This document shows, piece by piece, positions 19,368 through 29,837 of a DNA stretch of 64,000 bases. Where the stretch lies: positions 7,093 to 71,092 of the IMG/VR virus record IMGVR_UViG_2974522809_000001, one strand, 5' to 3'. The first letter of the stretch is position 1; each line of letters begins with the position of its first letter. Source of the DNA: a virus (lineage: Duplodnaviria > Caudoviricetes). A model generated the notes under the pieces. It did not search any database. It worked only from the letters and a program-made list of their open reading frames with translations, and was not told where the DNA came from. Made by a program: the position numbers and the translations under genes.

Positions 19368-20801
19368 GTGGCGTTCCGTGGCTACTTCGCTCTTGACGGG
19401 GTGGAGTTTGCCAACAGCAGCCGCGTGGTGGCCCACATCGGGGCCAACATTCCCACCATGGACCTGGGCCTGCTGGGCGACCCTGGGGACTGCTCGCTGG
19501 TGCCGGTGGCCGGTAGCCCGCTGCTGGCCGAGCTGCCCGCCAGCACAGTGCCCATCGGGCCAGGGCGGCTGCTCGGTACCGTGCCCGACGGCACCCGGCT
19601 GTACGGGCCGGGGCTGGGTCTGGTGGGCGACTGCTGGACGCCGGACACGCTGTGCTTCGGCTGCCGGGAGTCCATCGGCTACGACGACAGCTGGCCTGGC
19701 CTGAGCGACCTGCTGGACCACAGCCTCTACCGGCCCGAGCTGGCACCCTGGTACAGCACGCGCGTGCCCGAGAGCGCCGAGTTCGGCGGCGTCTGGGTCA
19801 TGGACGTGAAGGGCCTGGACACCACGCCCACGCAGCGCGACGTGACCGAGGTGGCCGGTGCCGGTGGCGCACCCGGCCCGCAGCGCAACCCCAGCCGCCA
19901 GGTGACGTTCGACGCGCTGCTGATCGCCTGCACCAACGCGGGCGTGACCTACGGGCTGCAATGGCTCACCTGCCTGCTGCGGGCCACCGACGCCGACGAC
20001 GGCAGCACGCTGCGGTACCTGGCCGCGCACCCCGGCGGCAGCACCGCCGACCCCGTGACCCTCATCCGTGAGGTGCATGGCGTGGTGCTCAGCCAGGAGC
20101 CCCAGGTGCAGGACGCGCAGAACCTGGCGCGCGGCCAGCACAGCCAGGCCACCATCTACCGCGTGCAGTGGACCATGACCGTCACCCGGCCGTACGCCTA
20201 CAGCCCGCCGGTCGACGTGGCGGTGGACTGGGACGAGACCACCCTGGACCCCATCGGGTGGATTCACGGGGCCGACTGCAAGACGCCCGCCAGCTGCGCC
20301 GACATGCCGGTGTTCTTCGCCGAGGGCTGCGACGTGGAGCGTATCGAGGCGGTGACCACGCCGCCGCCGACGTGCGGCGGCTGTATGCCGGTCTGCGCGG
20401 TGCAGACCCGCGTGTTCCAGCTGCCCACGTTCGACAGCCCATACCGCTGCCGCCAGACCGCCGTGACGCTGCGCGTGCGCAACAACAGCGAGGACAACCT
20501 GACGCTCCAGGCGTTCTACCGGCAGCGCAATACCCGCGAGCAGTGCGGCGACCAGCTGTGGCCCATCCAGCTGACCGGCGTCCCCAGCCAGGGTGAAGTG
20601 GTGCTTGACGGCATCAGCGGCCGGTTCTGGCTCCAGTGGGCCGGGCGCAAGCGCCGCCCGTTCAACATGGTCAGCACGCCCAGCGGTGTGCCGTGGCGAC
20701 CGGCCGTCATCGACCGCGACAAGGACTGGGAGCTGGTGATCATCAGCGACGGCGCTGCCACCTTCGACGTAAGCATGAGCCTGGCCGACCGGGAGGTGTG
20801 A
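19368..20801 (+). CDS. Minor tail protein (distal-tail-like)
   Basis: 477 aa, AGGAGG RBS, first gene after the tape measure. Confidence 0.75.
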   Translation: MAFRGYFALDGVEFANSSRVVAHIGANIPTMDLGLLGDPGDCSLVPVAGSPLLAELPASTVPIGPGRLLGTVPDGTRLYGPGLGLVGDCWTPDTLCFGCRESIGYDDSWPGLSDLLDHSLYRPELAPWYSTRVPESAEFGGVWVMDVKGLDTTPTQRDVTEVAGAGGAPGPQRNPSRQVTFDALLIACTNAGVTYGLQWLTCLLRATDADDGSTLRYLAAHPGGSTADPVTLIREVHGVVLSQEPQVQDAQNLARGQHSQATIYRVQWTMTVTRPYAYSPPVDVAVDWDETTLDPIGWIHGADCKTPASCADMPVFFAEGCDVERIEAVTTPPPTCGGCMPVCAVQTRVFQLPTFDSPYRCRQTAVTLRVRNNSEDNLTLQAFYRQRNTREQCGDQLWPIQLTGVPSQGEVVLDGISGRFWLQWAGRKRRPFNMVSTPSGVPWRPAVIDRDKDWELVIISDGAATFDVSMSLADREV

Positions 20802-20802
20802 C

Positions 20803-21879
20803 ATGCCGGTCGTGACCGACGATCTGCTGGTAAGCCTCCACACGGCGGGCGGCACCACGCTGTACCAGTTCCTCCCCGACGACTACACCGACCTCACGTT
20901 CGGCCGGGCCACGCGCGACGGCAGCCAGTGCAACCTGACGGTGCCGCCGCTGCCCGGTGCCGACCGCTTCCCCGACATCGTGTACTGGCACCACTGGCTC
21001 ACCGTCTGGGACGGCACGCGCCAGGGTGCCGAGGCGGTGCTGTGGACGGGGCCTATCAAGAAGATTCGGGACAACCGTGCCGGGCTGGCGCTCCAGGCGG
21101 TGGACCACAGCGCCTATCTGAGTCGCACCCGCAACCCCATGACCAAGCGCTGGGACGCCGCCGACCCGTCCACCGTGGCCGCTGAGCTGTGGGCCTCCAT
21201 GATCGAGGCCCAGGGCCTGGGCACGCGGGCGCTGGTGCGGCCGGACCCCGAGGGCGACCGGTACGACTTCCAGGTCATCACCGACGAGCAGATGCTGGAC
21301 CAGACCATGGGCCAGCTGGTGGATTACGGGCTGAGGTGGACCGTGGTGGCGGGCACGCCCATCCTTGGCCCGCTGCCGCTGGAGCCGGTGGCCACCCTGG
21401 GCGAGGAGCACTTTCTGGGCGACGGTATCGACTTCGTGCGTGATGGCACCGGCACCGTGAACGACGTGCTGGTGCGCGGCCAGGACAACCTGGCCCGCGA
21501 GCGCGTCGACTTCTACGGCCAGAACCTGCAATCCATCGTCAACCTGGACAGCATGAGCGGCGTCAGCAACGTGACGCGGGCGGCGCAGAAGTACGTTCGC
21601 ACCACGGGCGCGGTGCGCACCATGCTGGAGCTGCCCAGCGGCACCGTGCTGCACCCCAATGCGCCGGTCACGTTCGACCAGCTGATGCCAAGCGCCCGGT
21701 TCGTGATCGAGGCGCGCGGCGTGCGGCAGCTGATGTTGCTTACCGGCTGTGAGGTCAATCGGCGGGCTGGGGCGGCTACCGTATCGGTCACCATGGAGAC
21801 CGTGGAGGAGAAGCTGGAGCTGACCAGCGACAAGGCCGGGCCGACGCTGAGCCTGAGCGCCGGGGCGGCGGGCCGATGA
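20803..21879 (+). CDS. Minor tail protein (baseplate hub-like)
   Basis: 358 aa, second gene after the tape measure. Confidence 0.7.
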   Translation: MPVVTDDLLVSLHTAGGTTLYQFLPDDYTDLTFGRATRDGSQCNLTVPPLPGADRFPDIVYWHHWLTVWDGTRQGAEAVLWTGPIKKIRDNRAGLALQAVDHSAYLSRTRNPMTKRWDAADPSTVAAELWASMIEAQGLGTRALVRPDPEGDRYDFQVITDEQMLDQTMGQLVDYGLRWTVVAGTPILGPLPLEPVATLGEEHFLGDGIDFVRDGTGTVNDVLVRGQDNLARERVDFYGQNLQSIVNLDSMSGVSNVTRAAQKYVRTTGAVRTMLELPSGTVLHPNAPVTFDQLMPSARFVIEARGVRQLMLLTGCEVNRRAGAATVSVTMETVEEKLELTSDKAGPTLSLSAGAAGR

Positions 21880-24173
21880 CCGCACTGCTGGCACCGGGAC
21901 GCACTCCGCAGAACGACGCCGAGCTGGCCCGCAGTTTCCACGACAGGCTGCGCAAGCTGGAGACCGCCAGCACAGTGCGCGTCGGCCCGTGGGTGCTGTC
22001 CAACGACCCGGCCACCGGCAACCTGCGCGCCACCCGGCCCGGCCAGACCGTCGTCATTGACGAGTCGGGCAGCACCGAGGTACTGGACGCCGCCAGCCTG
22101 AACCTGTCCGGCTACGTGACGGACAAAGAGCTGGTAGACGCCCTGAGCCAGATCGACACGGGCGGCTCGCTGGAGTCGATGTGGTCGGACCTCTACACCG
22201 CGCTCACCGGCCTGCTGAACCCGGTCAACGCGCTCCAGGCCCTGGCGAACTTCTTCAAGGTGGAGCTGGGCAGCCCCATCACCAGCAACCGGCTGCCGCT
22301 CATCCCGCTGAGCCACATCCGGCCGGTGAATCCGAACCTGCTGCTCGACGGCAGTTTCGATGACGAGGCCACGCTGTCGGGCTTTCCCGATTGGGACTAC
22401 GACGAGGCCGACGGCCGCAGCCGCCCCGGCAGCGCCTACACCATGGCCGACGGGCTCACGCACACCATCCGCAGCAATGCGGTGGAGGTCGAGGCCGACG
22501 ACGAGCTGGACGCCGAGGTCTACGCCAAGTGGGTGGGCCTGGTGGTCAGCGCCGCCACGCCTATCCAGCTGGCCATTGCCAGCTACGACGAGAACGACGT
22601 GCTCATCGGCGGCGCGCCTGCCGTGGTGGCCAGCGCCGGGGCGGCGGGTAACAGCGGTGGGACGGGCGGCTGGGGCACCAAGCTGAGCGTGACCGGCTGG
22701 TCACCGCCTGCGAACGCCAAGTACGTCGTCGTGGAGCTGACGGTGACCACGGGCGCAACCGGCGGCACCGTCAAGTACGACGACGCCGCCCTGCGAAAGA
22801 CCGGCACCCTGCCGCAGAGCTACATCAACGGGCTGGTCGACGCGCTGCAAGGGCTGTGGAACGGCGTGCAGGCCCGCATTGACGACTTCATGGACCTGCT
22901 CGATGCGTTCGGCGGGTTCGTCATCGGAAGCGGCCAGGGCCAGCTCACCGACGTGATTACCCGGCTCCAGGCGCTCAACCCGCTGACCGGTGTGTTCGAC
23001 GCCAGCAAGCTGGGCAACCTGGCCAACATCCCGGCCATCGGCCAGGACAAGATCATCGGCCTGGTGGACGACCTGGCCGACGCCGTGGCCAACGGCGGGC
23101 AGACCGTCCGCAATGCGATCGTGCAGGCGCTGACGGGTGCGGTGCCGCCGGGCGGCGCGACCGACGCCAACGTCATCAGCGCGCTGACCAGCATCCCGGC
23201 CACGCTGGTGCAGTCGGCCGTGGAGGGCGCGAGCAGCATTGACGACGCCATCCAGCAGGCGCTGAACGCCGTGGTGCAGGGTGCCAGCGGCGTGCTGAGC
23301 GCGCCGGGCACGTTCGTGGACATCATCAACCAGCTGGCCGGTATGCGGAACAGCACCGCAGGCGCGAACGCGGCGGTGGTCAACCTCCAGGCGCAGGTGG
23401 CTGGGCTGGACCCGGCGGCGTCGTCCGAGGTGATCAACTTCGGCGAGTTCGCCAACGCGGGCGCACCGCCCAGTATGTTCACCAAGTTCTCCGACAACGG
23501 CAGCGGCACGCTCATCACCAGCAACGGCCAGCTCGCCTGGGACAGCGCCAACGCTGGCCGCGAGCTGTATCTGTTCAACGGTGGCCCGCTCCAGACAGAC
23601 CTCTTCGAGGTCAGCGTGGTGCTGCCGCAGGTGCCGACGCACGGCTGGTTCGGCGCGGACAGCTCGAACTACATCTGGCTCATCGGCCGGTCGAACGCGG
23701 GAAGCACCGCGCTGGTGGCGGCGCGCCTGGCCTGGGACGAGATTCGTCTGTACAACCTGGCGGGCGGCACGTTCACGCAGTTCGGCCCCACCATCAGCGA
23801 AAGCGACATCCTCACCGCCGGGTGCTCGGTGAGCTTCAAGGGCGGCACCGTGGCCGAGCCCCGGTACTTCCACGTGGCTATCAACGGCACCAAGAAGCTG
23901 GTCTACACCGACGGCAGCGCAGGCGCGCCGGTCACGGTGCTGGGGTCTGATTACCGGAACTGCGGCATGGGCGTGGAGAAGGGCAGCAGCTACCTCACCG
24001 GCACCATCAGCACCTGGTCGATGTACGACGGCGGCAGCAGCGCCGGGTCGGGCGTGGTGGCCGGTTACACCGCCGCTGGCCTGACCAACCTGAACCTCTG
24101 GAAGGGCACCGCCGCGCAGTACGCCGCCATCGCCACCAAGAACGCCAACACCATCTACGTGGTGAAGAACTGA
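21876..24173 (+). CDS. Minor tail protein (fibre/receptor-binding)
   Basis: 765 aa with a carbohydrate-binding-like module (NLLLDGSFD) and a C-terminal WKGTAAQYAAI...TIYVV motif. Confidence 0.75.
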   Translation: MTALLAPGRTPQNDAELARSFHDRLRKLETASTVRVGPWVLSNDPATGNLRATRPGQTVVIDESGSTEVLDAASLNLSGYVTDKELVDALSQIDTGGSLESMWSDLYTALTGLLNPVNALQALANFFKVELGSPITSNRLPLIPLSHIRPVNPNLLLDGSFDDEATLSGFPDWDYDEADGRSRPGSAYTMADGLTHTIRSNAVEVEADDELDAEVYAKWVGLVVSAATPIQLAIASYDENDVLIGGAPAVVASAGAAGNSGGTGGWGTKLSVTGWSPPANAKYVVVELTVTTGATGGTVKYDDAALRKTGTLPQSYINGLVDALQGLWNGVQARIDDFMDLLDAFGGFVIGSGQGQLTDVITRLQALNPLTGVFDASKLGNLANIPAIGQDKIIGLVDDLADAVANGGQTVRNAIVQALTGAVPPGGATDANVISALTSIPATLVQSAVEGASSIDDAIQQALNAVVQGASGVLSAPGTFVDIINQLAGMRNSTAGANAAVVNLQAQVAGLDPAASSEVINFGEFANAGAPPSMFTKFSDNGSGTLITSNGQLAWDSANAGRELYLFNGGPLQTDLFEVSVVLPQVPTHGWFGADSSNYIWLIGRSNAGSTALVAARLAWDEIRLYNLAGGTFTQFGPTISESDILTAGCSVSFKGGTVAEPRYFHVAINGTKKLVYTDGSAGAPVTVLGSDYRNCGMGVEKGSSYLTGTISTWSMYDGGSSAGSGVVAGYTAAGLTNLNLWKGTAAQYAAIATKNANTIYVVKN

Positions 24174-25513
24174 TGCCGGTTTTCATCGGTGACGAGACCA
24201 TCGACACCCTGCTGAACCAGCTGGGCCAGGACTACGACAGCGTCTATATCGGCAGCGACAAGGTGTGGCCGGACATCACGTTCCCGTACACGCTGGTGAA
24301 CACCAATGTCACGGGCGCGGCCATCCCGCCGGGCGCGACGGGCGCGTGGGTTCACCTGTGGGGCAAGGGAACCAACGGCGGCAACGGTGGCCACGAGGAC
24401 AGCACCTCGTCATCTGGCGGTGCCGACGGCGGCAACGGCGGCGGTGGCGGTGGTCACGTAGACAAGATATTCATCTACGTAGAGGACATGGGCTCGGACT
24501 GGTCGCTGTTCTACGGCGGCAACACCGCTGGCGCGCCCAACCGGTTCATCTCGGGTGGCATTGATCTGATCGCCAACAGCGCCAGCGGCACCAACGGCGG
24601 CACCGCCAGCGCCAGCGGGCTGACGGCCGGGTACTACTCACCGCGTGCGTCCAACGGCGGCAACCGGGGCCAGAACTCCGACGGTGCCGGTGCCGGTGGT
24701 GCCGACGGTGGCGATGCCAGCTGGACCGGCGACAACGCGCCCAACACCACCCCGCCCGGCACACGCGGCATCGGCACCAACGGCGGCACCAACGGCGGTA
24801 CCGGCGGCGTGGCCCACGGTTCGGGCAATGCACGGCACTACGCCTCCGGTGGCGGTGGCGGCGGTGGCGGCGGGTACACCGCCGGGCAGAACGGCACCGC
24901 AGGAACGCAGAACACGGGCGGCACGGGCGGCTCTGGCGGCGCGGCGCGGGCCGAGGTCATTTGGACCAACGAGGTTGTGCCCAAGGACAAGACCTGGGAG
25001 TTCGCGCCGGGGGCCTGGAGCTGGACCGTGCCTGGCTGGGCGCAGACAGGCTGGAAGGTCGACCTCGTAGAGTTCGGCGGCGGCAAGGGCGGCAACAACG
25101 GCGGCAGCACCAGCGCAGGCAACGGCGGTCTCGGCAGCGTCGGCGTAGCTCAGACGCTCACCATTGGTACCGACATCGCCCTGGGCGGCACACTGAGCGG
25201 CAACGTGGGCAGCGGCGGCGCGTCCAACGGCGGCAACGGCGGCAACACCACCTGCACGCAGACTGGCCTCACCGCCAACGGCGCAACGGGCACCAATACC
25301 GCCCAGGCGGGCGTAGGGGCCACGGGCGTCACCATCGGCGGTAGAACGTACCCCGGCGGCGCTGGCGGCACCGCCAGCGGCACCACAGCGGCCGGTGAGG
25401 CTGGCTACGCGCCGGGCGGCGGTGGCCAGGGCGGTGGTTCGATCTTCTTCGTGGGTCAGGCTGGCGGCGTCGGCGGCGGTGGCCGGGTGTACGTGCGACT
25501 GCGGCAGGTGTAG
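24173..25513 (+). CDS. Glycine-rich minor tail protein
   Basis: 446 aa with two Gly-rich domains and an N-terminal VYIGSDKVW motif. Confidence 0.75.
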   Translation: MPVFIGDETIDTLLNQLGQDYDSVYIGSDKVWPDITFPYTLVNTNVTGAAIPPGATGAWVHLWGKGTNGGNGGHEDSTSSSGGADGGNGGGGGGHVDKIFIYVEDMGSDWSLFYGGNTAGAPNRFISGGIDLIANSASGTNGGTASASGLTAGYYSPRASNGGNRGQNSDGAGAGGADGGDASWTGDNAPNTTPPGTRGIGTNGGTNGGTGGVAHGSGNARHYASGGGGGGGGGYTAGQNGTAGTQNTGGTGGSGGAARAEVIWTNEVVPKDKTWEFAPGAWSWTVPGWAQTGWKVDLVEFGGGKGGNNGGSTSAGNGGLGSVGVAQTLTIGTDIALGGTLSGNVGSGGASNGGNGGNTTCTQTGLTANGATGTNTAQAGVGATGVTIGGRTYPGGAGGTASGTTAAGEAGYAPGGGGQGGGSIFFVGQAGGVGGGGRVYVRLRQV

Positions 25514-25515
25514 CC

Positions 25516-26673
25516 ATGACGGGATGGTTCCAGCAGCCCAGCCCGCCACCGCTGCCCGCGCCGGGCTGGTTCGACAGCGAGGCCACACCACAGCCGCCTG
25601 AGCCCGACGTGGCCTGGTGGGCGGTGCTCACCGTCGACATGGCGCACACGGTGGCGGCGGTCAGCACCATGGAGCTGGGCGCGTTCAAGGCCCTGGGCAT
25701 CGTCCACAGCGTGCACGCCACGCAGACGCTGGCGCTCCAGGCGCTGCTCAAGCTCAACCTGGCGCACAACGTCACCGCGCAGAACACGCTGACGTTCCAG
25801 GGTCTCTACATGCTGGACATGTCGCTGGCGCTGAGCGTGAGCCACGCGCTCACCCTGGCCCGCGTGAAGGACATCGCGGTGCCCATGCCGGTGGCGGTGA
25901 GCCACACGCTGACCCTGGCCCGCGTGCTGGACATGCAGCTGGAGCACGCCCTGACCAGCAGCCAGGTGCTCACGCTCCAGAAGTACCGCACGCTGGCCGT
26001 GACGCAGAACCTGGCGGTCGGCCAGTCGCTGGACCTGGCCAAGATTCGCACGCTGGCCATGGCGCACAGCCTGGCCGTCACCCACCAGATGGCCATGGGC
26101 TTCCCGCCGACGGGCCTGCCCGCACCGGCAGAGTTCAACGTGGCCGGTGCCTACACCTACACGTTCCCCCGCAACTGCGACTTCATCGACGCGGTGATGC
26201 TCGGGGCCGGTGGCGGCGGGGCCAGCTCGGGCACGTTCTACACGCTCAAGGGCTACCCCGGCGAGGCGGGCGTCTACGCCACCGGCACGCTCCAGCGCGG
26301 CCTGACCATCGCGTGGACGGTCACGCAGATCACCGGCCAGGTGGGCACGGGCGGCGCTCGGGGCAGCGGTGGCTTCACGGGCACGGCGGGGCAGGCCGGT
26401 ACCGCCACCACAGCCGCCGCGACCGGATGGGGCGGGCTCAGCGGTGCAGGCGGGGCCGGTGGCATCGCCAACGCAACCGGCACCAGCGACAACGTGGGGC
26501 GCTCGCCGGGGAACATCACGTACAACGGCGTTCCGTACACGGGCGGCGGCACGCAGGCCACCAATGGCGCGGCCGGTAACCCGCCTGGTGGCGGTGGTGC
26601 CGGTGGCTCCAACTTCGGCGGCGCTGGCGGTGTCGGCGCTGCGGGAGCCGCCCGTTACAGGGCATACCAGTAG
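25516..26673 (+). CDS. Minor tail protein with 20-aa repeats and Gly-rich C-terminus
   Basis: 385 aa. Starts with GWF repeats, then 20-aa repeats, then a GAGGGG domain. Confidence 0.75.
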   Translation: MTGWFQQPSPPPLPAPGWFDSEATPQPPEPDVAWWAVLTVDMAHTVAAVSTMELGAFKALGIVHSVHATQTLALQALLKLNLAHNVTAQNTLTFQGLYMLDMSLALSVSHALTLARVKDIAVPMPVAVSHTLTLARVLDMQLEHALTSSQVLTLQKYRTLAVTQNLAVGQSLDLAKIRTLAMAHSLAVTHQMAMGFPPTGLPAPAEFNVAGAYTYTFPRNCDFIDAVMLGAGGGGASSGTFYTLKGYPGEAGVYATGTLQRGLTIAWTVTQITGQVGTGGARGSGGFTGTAGQAGTATTAAATGWGGLSGAGGAGGIANATGTSDNVGRSPGNITYNGVPYTGGGTQATNGAAGNPPGGGGAGGSNFGGAGGVGAAGAARYRAYQ

Positions 26674-26683
26674 GATCACGACC

Positions 26684-27076
26684 GTGGCTGTGGGAATGAC
26701 CGCCTACCTGGCGAACAAGTTGCTGGACCACGTGTTCCGCAACGTGGCATACACCCCGCCCGCCGTGGTGTACTTCCGGCCGCACATTGGCGACCCCGGC
26801 GCGAACGGCACCGCCAACGGGTCGGCGAACACCACGCGCTACGCCATGAGCTTCGGCGTGGCCGGGGCCAGCACCGCCGGGCAGATCGCCCTGACGAACT
26901 TCCCCGAGCACACCCTGAACGCCACCGAGACCATCACCCACGGTTCGATCTGGGACCACCCGACGGCAGGCAACTGCCTGATCACCGGCCAGGCCACCGT
27001 CAGCAAGGGCGGTGTCAGCGGTGACATCATCCGGCTGGCGTCTGACATCGTGGGCATCACGCCCATTGCCGCATAG
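26684..27076 (+). CDS. Minor tail protein (MAVGMTAYLANKLLDH...)
   Basis: 130 aa with the YLANKLLD...HIGDPG..GTAN pattern. GTG start 7 nt after TAGGAT. Confidence 0.7.
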   Translation: MAVGMTAYLANKLLDHVFRNVAYTPPAVVYFRPHIGDPGANGTANGSANTTRYAMSFGVAGASTAGQIALTNFPEHTLNATETITHGSIWDHPTAGNCLITGQATVSKGGVSGDIIRLASDIVGITPIAA

Positions 27077-27084
27077 GAGGCCCC

Positions 27085-27438
27085 GTGCCCGAACTCACCT
27101 GGTCGGTGGCCTGGGAGGTCGCTACCCCGCCCGTGGAGCTGCTGCCCGCCCAGCCCATCCCGCCGACGCCGCCCGGCGACGACGCCGACGAGGCAGCTGC
27201 CCAGCAGTACAGCGACGATTACGCCGCCTACGAGGTGGCCCTGGACGAGGCGTACCACCAGACACAGACCGTGCTGGCCGACGAGCAGTGGTGGTCCACC
27301 ACGCGGCTGGAGTTCGCCGACGAGGCCGAGGCCCGCGCCACGCTGCCCGCCATGGTGCGCGCCAACGCCAGCAGCCCGTACGCCCGCAACTTCCGGCTGG
27401 AGACATCCCCGCCCCGCGTGTGGTCGACCGTAAGCTGA
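27085..27438 (+). CDS. Hypothetical protein
   Basis: 117 aa, AGGAGG RBS. Confidence 0.7.
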   Translation: MPELTWSVAWEVATPPVELLPAQPIPPTPPGDDADEAAAQQYSDDYAAYEVALDEAYHQTQTVLADEQWWSTTRLEFADEAEARATLPAMVRANASSPYARNFRLETSPPRVWSTVS

Positions 27439-27442
27439 TCGG

Positions 27443-28090
27443 GTGACCACGGCCAACGTCTGCGTTTCCGAGCACCTGGTTGTCGGTGCCGACGGAAAGC
27501 TGCGGCTGGCTCCGTGGTCGGTGCCGCGCCTGGTGGCCGACGAGATTGCCCACAGCGGTGCCGACACCACCAAGCTGCTGGAGACCAGCACGCTGCCCGG
27601 CCGCTTGCTCATCGACAAGCCCGGCGTCATGTGGACCAACCTCACCCCGGTAGACCACATGGTGCGCATCATGGTCACCCGGCGGTGGAAGCGGTGGATC
27701 ACCAGCAACCCGAACGCCGTGCAGTTCCGCGACCGCTGGTCCACGGCCATCACGCCCAAGGGCAGCGCCGACGTGCTACCCGCCGAGCCGGTGGTCAGCG
27801 GCATCTTCAACAGCCAGTGCGGCAGCGCGGGCGACCTGGGCAGCAACACCGTGGCCGAGCCGGTGCCCGGCAAGTTCTGGGCCTGGTGGGGCACCAACAC
27901 CAGCGAAGAGTGGATCGGCCCCGTAGCCCCCGAGGAGACGCTGCGCGTGCATTACCGCAGCTACGTGTGGACGCCGCCACCGTTCAGCGACAACGCGAAC
28001 AAGAACGCGCCCGCCCATGAGGCCGAGGCCGGGTACGCGCGCATCCAGCTGATGGTGTTCCCGCAGCAGGGCAAGGTCGTGACCGGATGA
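27443..28090 (+). CDS. Tail-region protein, paralog 1 of 3
   Basis: 215 aa, shares a W.N.(S/T)P...V...R motif with the next two genes. Confidence 0.7.
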   Translation: MTTANVCVSEHLVVGADGKLRLAPWSVPRLVADEIAHSGADTTKLLETSTLPGRLLIDKPGVMWTNLTPVDHMVRIMVTRRWKRWITSNPNAVQFRDRWSTAITPKGSADVLPAEPVVSGIFNSQCGSAGDLGSNTVAEPVPGKFWAWWGTNTSEEWIGPVAPEETLRVHYRSYVWTPPPFSDNANKNAPAHEAEAGYARIQLMVFPQQGKVVTG

Positions 28091-28692
28091 GCACCAGCCT
28101 GAAAATCTGCACCGCTGAGTACATGATCAGCGACGTTCGCGGCATCGGGGTGCGGCAAACCTGGCTGCCGCACGTGGTGGCCGAGCAGTTCCTGGAGTCC
28201 ACCAAGGACGGCGAAATCAAGCTGGCCCCCGACCCGGTGACCATGATCGACGGCGACCTGACCTGGTTCAACAACAGCCCAGACCCCGTGCGCGTCATGG
28301 TGATGGTCCACCGGGCACCGCGCAGCATCGTGGCGCAGAACCCGGCCACCGTGGTCATCCACGACGCCTGGAGCCACCAGGTGGGCAAGAGCCCCAGCGC
28401 CGACTACCCCAGCGTCATCCAGGACACGTTCGGCGGTCGGCTCCAGGTGGACCGCGCCAGCGTGGCCAAAGACCTGCTCCAGTTCGGTCGCTTCTTCCTC
28501 GACGGCGACGACAGCCAGACCTACGTGGACCTGGGCGAGGTACCGGCCAAGCAGTCGTTCCACTTCCGCTACCTGGCCGCTGTGCAGACACCGGGCGTCT
28601 GGACGCAGCCCAGCGAGTTCGAGCCGCGCTGGGAGGCGTATGCGCGGTGGACCAGGCTGGTGGCCATCGGCAGCCCGGTGGGGGCACTGTGA
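28087..28692 (+). CDS. Tail-region protein, paralog 2 of 3
   Basis: 201 aa, ATGA overlap. Confidence 0.7.
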   Translation: MSTSLKICTAEYMISDVRGIGVRQTWLPHVVAEQFLESTKDGEIKLAPDPVTMIDGDLTWFNNSPDPVRVMVMVHRAPRSIVAQNPATVVIHDAWSHQVGKSPSADYPSVIQDTFGGRLQVDRASVAKDLLQFGRFFLDGDDSQTYVDLGEVPAKQSFHFRYLAAVQTPGVWTQPSEFEPRWEAYARWTRLVAIGSPVGAL

Positions 28693-29441
28693 GCGACTGC
28701 GTAGACGAGACACACCTGCAAGAGCTGGACGGCGTGATCAGCCCCCAGCCGTGGATGCAGTGGCGGCACGTCGGCGGCGTGGAGGCCCCCAGCAAGACGG
28801 GCAGCTACGGCGTCACGCTCACCAGCGGCGGGCTGGGCACGGTGGACGTGTTCGGCACCCTGGGCAGCCTGTTTGGCAGCCTGTTCGGGTCAATCCCGCT
28901 GCTGTTCGGCAAGTCGAGCCCGCTGGCCGGGCTGCTGGCCAGCGCCAGCGCAGGCGGTAACAAGAACGACCTGCTGCACAAGCTCCAGTACAGCTGGACC
29001 AACGGCAGCCCCGTGGCTCAGGACGTGTACGGGCTCATCACGCGCGGCGGCGCTCGGGTGAGCTTGCAGCCGCGCAGCCGTGGCGGGCTGGTGCTGCGCA
29101 GCGGTTACGCCAAGCACGCCACCGACCCCGGCCCGCTGGCCGACAGCTCCATGTTCGGCGTGGGCGCTGACCTGGGGCGCGGTGGGACGCTGAGCCTGGG
29201 CACGACGTTCGGCATTGCCGAGCAGCGGATGAACAGCTGCACCATCCCCCTGGCACCCGAGCGCACCGGCTGGCTGCGGCTGGCACCGGGAGAGACCATC
29301 ACCGCCGCCCTGGAGCTGCGATTCATCAGTGAGTTCTGGGAAAACACCACCATCGACGGCGGCGACACCGGCAGCGAAAGCAGCTACACCACGGGCGCGA
29401 CCCGTCTTGATCTGTTCGCGGTGCCGGTAATCTCGGGCTGA
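28689..29441 (+). CDS. Tail-region protein, paralog 3 of 3
   Basis: GTGA overlap (start moved from 28647), 250 aa. Confidence 0.7.
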   Translation: MSDCVDETHLQELDGVISPQPWMQWRHVGGVEAPSKTGSYGVTLTSGGLGTVDVFGTLGSLFGSLFGSIPLLFGKSSPLAGLLASASAGGNKNDLLHKLQYSWTNGSPVAQDVYGLITRGGARVSLQPRSRGGLVLRSGYAKHATDPGPLADSSMFGVGADLGRGGTLSLGTTFGIAEQRMNSCTIPLAPERTGWLRLAPGETITAALELRFISEFWENTTIDGGDTGSESSYTTGATRLDLFAVPVISG

Positions 29442-29468
29442 CAATCCCTCCGGCCTCGGGAGACTGCC

Positions 29469-29837
29469 TTGTACGAACCGCCACCTGGATACGACGACTG
29501 CGAGGCCGACGGCGAAGCACACCCCACGCCGCCGGACTGGCCGTACCACACGCTGGAAGTCGACGGGGTGGGCACACTGCACGCGCGGCGACCACTGCCC
29601 AACGCCATCCCGGCGCTGGCCGGGGCGGCGCGCAGCAAGATCAGCCCTGAGAGCCGTATCGACCACCTGGACATCTTCGTCCAGAACCACCTGGCCGACG
29701 GCGAGTTCGAGCAGCTGCTGGCCCGCATGATGGATCCCGACGTGGACATGCCTGCCGACACCATGCTGCGCGTGAGCCGCGCGATTGCCACGGCGGGCAG
29801 TGCGCGCCCTACACGGCGGTCATCAACCTCGCGTTGA
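29469..29837 (+). CDS. Tail assembly chaperone G-like paralog
   Basis: TTG start with GGGAG RBS. Aligns by eye with the C-terminal half of 12708-13268 (HL...R(M/L)MDPD...AI.TA) and ends in RPT. Confidence 0.6.
   Translation: MYEPPPGYDDCEADGEAHPTPPDWPYHTLEVDGVGTLHARRPLPNAIPALAGAARSKISPESRIDHLDIFVQNHLADGEFEQLLARMMDPDVDMPADTMLRVSRAIATAGSARPTRRSSTSR

Noticed and set aside
13243-19746. 2167-aa antisense ORF, and similar long antisense ORFs (4192-6369, 32956-35493, 41480-44881)
   Set aside because: These are shadow frames of GC3-rich genes. They have no RBS, low-complexity translations and no motifs.
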